Source of the DNA: Candidatus Woesearchaeota archaeon
GTDB taxonomy: Archaea; Nanobdellota; Nanobdellia; Woesearchaeales; GCA-2686295
Assembly: GCA_013202845.1 (NCBI GenBank)
Contig: JABMPT010000008.1
Coordinates: forward strand, 5,415 to 69,414
Direction of reading: 5' to 3'
DNA: 64,000 bases
Every line of letters starts with the position of its first letter. Position 1 is the first letter of the stretch. A model generated the notes under the pieces. The model had not been told where the DNA came from. It searched no databases and saw only the letters and a list, made by a program, of their open reading frames with translations. The position numbers and the translations under genes are program-made. This document shows, piece by piece, positions 59,311 to 64,000 of this stretch.

Positions 59311-59404
59311 TCAACAGTGGTTTGTAGATGGATATATTAAATTTCTCATCATTTTTTTGTACAAAACACAAAATATTTAAATTAAAATACTCTTTCGTAC
59401 AAAT

Positions 59405-60364
59405 ATGAGCATCAAACTAGATACAAAAGATAAAAAGATACTGTACGAGTTAGACTTAAACAGCAGACAATCGCTCAACCAGATAGGAAAAAAAGTCGGA
59501 TTGCCAAAGAATGTAGTGGCATATAGAATAAACAGGTTGGAAGAACAAGGAGTGATCCAGAACTATCACACTGTTGTAGATGCCTCAAAACTAGGATATA
59601 ATAGTTTGAGATTCTATCTGAAGTTTCAATACACAGACGAAAAGAAAGAGGCAGAGATAAAAGAGTATTTCATAAAAAGCAAGCTGACATGGTGGATTGG
59701 AAGAGGAGAACCTTTGTATGACTTGGGAATGGTATTCTGGCTGAAAGACTACAATGCGTTCCATGAGTTCTGGAAACAGACACTGGAGAAATATGGGCTC
59801 TATTTCAAGGAACAGACAATATATCCTTACATGAAATTGCAGCACTACAACTATTCTTTTCTAACAAATAAAAAACATCAAATGAAACTAGTTACAGGAG
59901 GAAATAAGCAAGTGAATTATGATGACAAGGATTTTGAAATACTGAAGATGCTTGCTGCAAATGCTAGAATTAACATAACTGAGATAGCAAAGAAAACATC
60001 GCTCACAGTCAACACGGTGAAGCAGAGAATGAAGAGAATGACTGATAAAGGGATTATTGTGGGGTACAGGACAAACTTTGACCTGAATAAATTAGGATTG
60101 ATATTTGTAAAGATAAACATCAATCTAAAAGAATACAAGCAAGCAAGTAAAATAATATCTTATATAGAGCAAGACCCAAAGCTCATCTACATAGATTTCA
60201 CAATAGGATATGCAGACCTGGAGATAGAATACCTAATAGAAGATTTAGAGGAAATAAAAAAAATAATGGAAGATATAAGACAGAAGTTCCCAGGAGAAGT
60301 TACTGATTACAGCTACTTCATATACAAAGAACTATACAAGGTACAATTGATGCCAGAAGAATAA
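59405..60364 (+). CDS. Tandem Lrp/AsnC family regulator
   Basis: Two repeats of LDxKDxKIL..L..NxR...IxKK HTH plus RAM domain. Confidence 0.88.
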   Translation: MSIKLDTKDKKILYELDLNSRQSLNQIGKKVGLPKNVVAYRINRLEEQGVIQNYHTVVDASKLGYNSLRFYLKFQYTDEKKEAEIKEYFIKSKLTWWIGRGEPLYDLGMVFWLKDYNAFHEFWKQTLEKYGLYFKEQTIYPYMKLQHYNYSFLTNKKHQMKLVTGGNKQVNYDDKDFEILKMLAANARINITEIAKKTSLTVNTVKQRMKRMTDKGIIVGYRTNFDLNKLGLIFVKININLKEYKQASKIISYIEQDPKLIYIDFTIGYADLEIEYLIEDLEEIKKIMEDIRQKFPGEVTDYSYFIYKELYKVQLMPEE

Positions 60365-60925
60365 TTACCTATCAACAAACAATAAATGCTTCTCTACTCC
60401 AGTCAATTCCTGCATGATTCTCTTCTGTATAACTGTCTCTGGATCAGGCATTAGCTTTACTCTCTTCTTTATGTCATCGAAGTCTTTGAAAGGTTCTCCT
60501 TTTCTTTCCTCAACTATCTCCCACATATGCTTTTTTCCTACACCTGGCAGTAATTCGATTATATGCATCCTTGTACTCAATGGCTGTGCCTTGTTGAAGA
60601 ATTCTACAAATCTTTTTTGATGATTATGAACTAATTGTTTTACTGCATGCGCTAACTCTGACTTTGCTGTATGTGTCAATTTGTCAGGTGTTATCTTTCC
60701 GTTTATGTGGTGTATCTTCTCTCTTTTAGCCTCACCAATATACACTTCTTCATAAGGTTGCAAGAATATTCCTTTCTTTGGAACAAGTTCTAGAAGTGTG
60801 AAGTTCTCTTTGCCTATGGCTTGCACTATAGGAGTTTTCATATGACTAGGCCGAGAATCAAAGGGGTAGCCGTTCGGCAAGAAGTCTAGCACTATAGCTT
60901 CCTCTTCCTTTCTCCTAGGTAACAT
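60365..60925 (-). CDS. DUF655 family protein
   Basis: VLDFLP.G, QAIG..FTLLE, FFNKAQP.STRMH..ELLPGVGKK; conserved rpl21e-rpo4-DUF655 order. Confidence 0.9.
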   Translation of the reverse strand: MLPRRKEEEAIVLDFLPNGYPFDSRPSHMKTPIVQAIGKENFTLLELVPKKGIFLQPYEEVYIGEAKREKIHHINGKITPDKLTHTAKSELAHAVKQLVHNHQKRFVEFFNKAQPLSTRMHIIELLPGVGKKHMWEIVEERKGEPFKDFDDIKKRVKLMPDPETVIQKRIMQELTGVEKHLLFVDR

Positions 60926-60990
60926 TTTGCTTCCCCCGAGTCTTTCTTAATTTAATTGTTTATAAATCTTTTGTTGAAAATCGCTTAGAA

Positions 60991-61037
60991 ATCTAAAAAC
61001 TTTAAAGTTTTTAGGTCCTTAAAAAGCGATGCTTTTT
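60991..61037. repeat. Intergenic palindromes related to the eS19-internal hairpins
   Basis: Perfect 22-bp palindrome CTAAAAACTTTAAAGTTTTTAG, plus AAAAAGC-GAT-GCTTTTT. Confidence 0.6.
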
Positions 61038-61043
61038 CAGAAG

Positions 61044-61391
61044 TCACTTAAGATATTCCTGGACAACTTTGATTATTTTTGTCATGTCTTCGTTCTTGAC
61101 AGACAAGGTGTATCCCTGTAATATCACTTTCAATTCAGCGACTGAAGCAGGCATCAAGTCAACGATTTTTTGAATGAACTCTTCCTTCAACCTGGTGATG
61201 TTCAGCTTTCTAAGTTTATTAACCATTTCATCAGCGTCTTTCTTTGACATCTTTGCAAAGTCATTCAAATATTCTTCAGTCTTATTCCCTCTGAATGTGA
61301 GCTCTTCATCCCTTTTTTTTATTGCTTTAAGTTCTTGTCTTAATTCAACTACGTTGATTGGAACTTTTCCTACTATTTCTGGTTTCGACAT
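61044..61391 (-). CDS. rpo4: RNA polymerase subunit Rpo4 (F)
   Basis: EL.FR..KT.EYL..F, KIVDLMP....L; synteny. Confidence 0.85.
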   Translation of the reverse strand: MSKPEIVGKVPINVVELRQELKAIKKRDEELTFRGNKTEEYLNDFAKMSKKDADEMVNKLRKLNITRLKEEFIQKIVDLMPASVAELKVILQGYTLSVKNEDMTKIIKVVQEYLK

Positions 61392-61685
61392 TTAACTCAC
61401 CCTTTTCAGATGTACGGGATGTACAACCACTGTTTTTTCCTTGGTGAAGTCTTTTATCTTGACTTCGTAGCATTCTCCTCTCTGCTTGGTCACTGTTCCT
61501 GTTTTTCCATGGAATCTTAGGAAGTATTGTCCTTTCTGGTATGCAGGTTCTGCTTTCAATGCGACTCGGTCTCCTTGTTTGAATTTTTGTAAGAAATCGC
61601 TAATCTTAATTTTACCTCTTTGTCTAATATTTTTCGAGAGCTTCTGCCTGCTCTTTCTCATCCTGCCTCCTATTCTCTTTACCAT
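61392..61685 (-). CDS. rpl21e: 50S ribosomal protein eL21
   Basis: F..GDRV, RFHGKTG.V, HPVHLK. Confidence 0.95.
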   Translation of the reverse strand: MVKRIGGRMRKSRQKLSKNIRQRGKIKISDFLQKFKQGDRVALKAEPAYQKGQYFLRFHGKTGTVTKQRGECYEVKIKDFTKEKTVVVHPVHLKRVS

Positions 61686-61846
61686 GGCTTCTGAGGAAAA
61701 GTAAAGGGTTTATAAAGATTACTAATGGAATAAATGAAAAAATTTAAATATTTCTTCATCCTAGTAACTTATTGTTGTGATGATCAACGTTTTTCTTTCA
61801 AAAAACCCTTTAGAATCTAGTTTAAGCTTTAAACAAAAGATGCCAG

Positions 61847-61948
61847 ATGGATGAAGCATTACTTGAATTGGTAGAAAACTGCCCTGCATGCGGAGAAAGA
61901 TTGTTTCCTGAAGATGTAGTATGCTCGAAGTGTGGATCAGATATCTAA
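61847..61948 (+). CDS. 33 aa zinc-ribbon microprotein, not in ORF track
   Basis: MDEALLELVENCPACGERLFPEDVVCSKCGSDI (CPxCG...CxxCG). Confidence 0.65.
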   Translation: MDEALLELVENCPACGERLFPEDVVCSKCGSDI

Positions 61949-62721
61949 GATTCAGAATCTTCCTTAGGTTCTGCTTCTTTAGGAGCTTCCTTAGCTTCGC
62001 CTTCAGCAGCTTCTGCAACTTCAGCAGTCTCTACAGGTAGAAGTCTGTTAATTGTATCGTCGTGGATCTCTGCTTCGTGGAGTTTTGCAACTATTGCAGA
62101 TCTCTCTTTGCCTTCCATGGAGCCAATTATCTCTTTAGCTTTGGCATCTTCCTCTGCGTGTTTCTCTGCCAGCTCAGCCTGTAGAGCTTTTCTTTCTTCT
62201 TCAAGTTTCTTTTTCTCTTCTTCTGAAAGCTCTGTCTTTTCCGCTGTAATCTCTTTGTCAAATTTTCCTTCTTCAATTAATTTTATGGCTTCTGAAGCTT
62301 TCACTCCTTCAACTTTTATACCCATGGAATTGCATGTTCCTACGATCTCTTTGACCTTGTTCTTCATGTCTTTTCCTAGAAGTGCTGTTTCTTTCATCTT
62401 TGCAATCTTTATTATTTGCTCGATGACAAGGTCTGCCACAAATTCTTCCTGTGCTCTTCCTGATCCTTTATCAACACCTGCTTCTTTTTTTATCAATGCT
62501 GAAGCTGGCGGGGTTCCGACGCTTATTGAGAATGCTTTTGTTTCATCGTTAACTTCGACTTTTACAGGTACTTGCATGCCTTTGAATGCTTGAGTCTTAT
62601 TGTTAATCTCTGCAACTACTTCTCCTATGTTGACTCCTAATGGTCCTAGAGCTGGACCTAGAGGTGGAGCTGCTGTAGCTTTTCCTCCTTCAATTAATGA
62701 TTCAACTGTTTGCGTTCCCAT
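61945..62721 (-). CDS. rpl11: 50S ribosomal protein uL11 with acidic extension
   Basis: GGKATAAPPLGPALGPLG, GTPPASALIKKE, GTCNSMG. Confidence 0.95.
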   Translation of the reverse strand: MGTQTVESLIEGGKATAAPPLGPALGPLGVNIGEVVAEINNKTQAFKGMQVPVKVEVNDETKAFSISVGTPPASALIKKEAGVDKGSGRAQEEFVADLVIEQIIKIAKMKETALLGKDMKNKVKEIVGTCNSMGIKVEGVKASEAIKLIEEGKFDKEITAEKTELSEEEKKKLEEERKALQAELAEKHAEEDAKAKEIIGSMEGKERSAIVAKLHEAEIHDDTINRLLPVETAEVAEAAEGEAKEAPKEAEPKEDSES

Positions 62722-62767
62722 GGTCGTGAAGAAAAAGATGACTGTTTATAAAGATTACTATTAACCT

Positions 62768-63391
62768 TCATAGTGATTCATCAGTAACTTTCTCTGGTTC
62801 TAAGTCTGATGTGTATGCTGCGTGTTCTGAGAAGAGCCATTCTCTTAGTTGCTTGAAATTCTTTATTCTTTCCTTTGTTTCTTCAAATTGTTTCAAGCTT
62901 TCTTTTTCCTTTTCTTTTTTTGCAGCCATAAGGTTCTCATCAATGCCTTCGTCATCAACTGTTAAGAATGTGAGTTTATGTTTCACTGGTAATGGTTTTA
63001 ACGAGTATACCCATTCAAATATTGCTTTTGTCCTGGGCATGTGGAATTCTGATGTTATTATGCACACTTTTTTCAATTTTTTTGGCTCTGTGAAGAATGC
63101 TCTTGCAAAATATGCATTGCCTATGGTGTCCATTGATTCTTCTTCTCTAAATATATTCTCCTTAGGGATTCTTCTTCTTATGAGATAATTAGCTGCTGCA
63201 ACTGATTCCATGATCGGATTTCCTCTGTAATCAAGAACTGGTGGTTTGTGGGTTGTTCCCTTGCTTAAGCAGATTACTATCTCTTCGTCATATATATCTA
63301 TTGCCTTGTCTAATCTCCTTTTTGTCCACTCAGGAACCTCTCCTATTGGCCTTACGCCTCCCCCAGGAATCAAGATTGCATCGTATCCCAT
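62768..63391 (-). CDS. YdcF/DUF218 family protein
   Basis: ILIPGGG, RLDKA, EEESMDTIGNA, ITSEFHMPR. Confidence 0.88.
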   Translation of the reverse strand: MGYDAILIPGGGVRPIGEVPEWTKRRLDKAIDIYDEEIVICLSKGTTHKPPVLDYRGNPIMESVAAANYLIRRRIPKENIFREEESMDTIGNAYFARAFFTEPKKLKKVCIITSEFHMPRTKAIFEWVYSLKPLPVKHKLTFLTVDDEGIDENLMAAKKEKEKESLKQFEETKERIKNFKQLREWLFSEHAAYTSDLEPEKVTDESL

Positions 63392-63461
63392 GAAAAAGGT
63401 GAAGATGGTCTTTGTTTTAAATATTTCTAAAAGAGTATGAGTAGAAACGAACTAAGGATTA

Positions 63462-63842
63462 TTAATGCTTCTTTCTGTGAAGGAAAATTGTTAGGAAAGC
63501 CAGAACTATCACTAAACCGCCAACATAACCTATTACTCTAGAGCTCTTTACGCGGGCAGGGCTTTCAACCAAGGGCATGTTTTCAATATCAATGTTTGCA
63601 TCTATTTTAGGTATTAATTTGTATGCCTTATCACATGAGTCTTCGCATATGCCGTATCCTCCTACATCACAGCACACACCTGTAAAGCAATCAACATCAG
63701 AATCACAGAGTTCTTTGCATTCTCCATCTCCGCAGTACATTGACTGCACAACATGACCTGTTATAGATGCTCCTAAGAAATAAATTAAACCTGTCAGTCC
63801 GACGATGAAAACGAACAAAAAAGCAATCTCTCTTTCTTTCAT
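63462..63842 (-). CDS. Cys-rich membrane protein
   Basis: N- and C-terminal TM helices, ITGHV motif, Cys-rich ectodomain. Confidence 0.65.
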   Translation of the reverse strand: MKEREIAFLFVFIVGLTGLIYFLGASITGHVVQSMYCGDGECKELCDSDVDCFTGVCCDVGGYGICEDSCDKAYKLIPKIDANIDIENMPLVESPARVKSSRVIGYVGGLVIVLAFLTIFLHRKKH

Positions 63843-63889
63843 AGCATTGTCTGTGGAAGGTATAATATATAAATATTACTAAAAAAGAA

Positions 63890-64000
63890 TTATTCTTCTT
63901 CCTCTTCCCTTCTGATGACTTTCACAGAGTCTATCTTTACGGTTATAGGGATTGGAACTGCGGCTTCGAGAAGCTCGACAACGACTTCTCCTTTCTGCTT
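63890..64000 (-). CDS. spt5: Transcription elongation factor Spt5, 3' end (truncated by window edge)
   Basis: KGEVVVELLEAAVPIPITVKIDSVKVI; near rpl11. Confidence 0.88.
   Translation of the reverse strand, partial: KQKGEVVVELLEAAVPIPITVKIDSVKVIRREEEEE

Noticed and set aside
61761..62018. 85-aa minus-strand ORF
   Set aside because: Overlaps rpl11 out of frame; the + strand zinc-ribbon ORF explains the region better

Overview
AT-rich archaeal chromosome segment. Archaeal-type r-proteins eS19, eL39, eL31, eL15, eL21, plus aIF6, prefoldin, Rpo4 and Spt5, occur alongside bacterial-type MetK, CysE/CysK and RpiB, so a DPANN lineage such as Woesearchaeota is inferred. The window has two parts. (1) About 0.45-36.5 kb is an accessory region between transketolase and rpiB/rpe. 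It holds defence and DNA-modification modules (TcmP + radical SAM; RHH-GHKL ATPase-HEPN-like-adenine MTase operon; Dam + DpnA-like MTases around two unknown genes; NYN; Fic), three paralogous TPR genes, a duplicated gene and gene remnants. Several families of short non-coding repeats sit at gene boundaries and flip orientation mid-region. (2) About 36.5-64 kb is mostly housekeeping, with tRNA-His. The most striking unannotated signal is a 20-codon, apparently leaderless ORF ending in CSCCCCCC directly upstream of cysE-cysK, followed by a U-tract and a hairpin: a candidate cysteine-sensing attenuator in an archaeon. All calls are by-eye motif recognition; no database searches were run.
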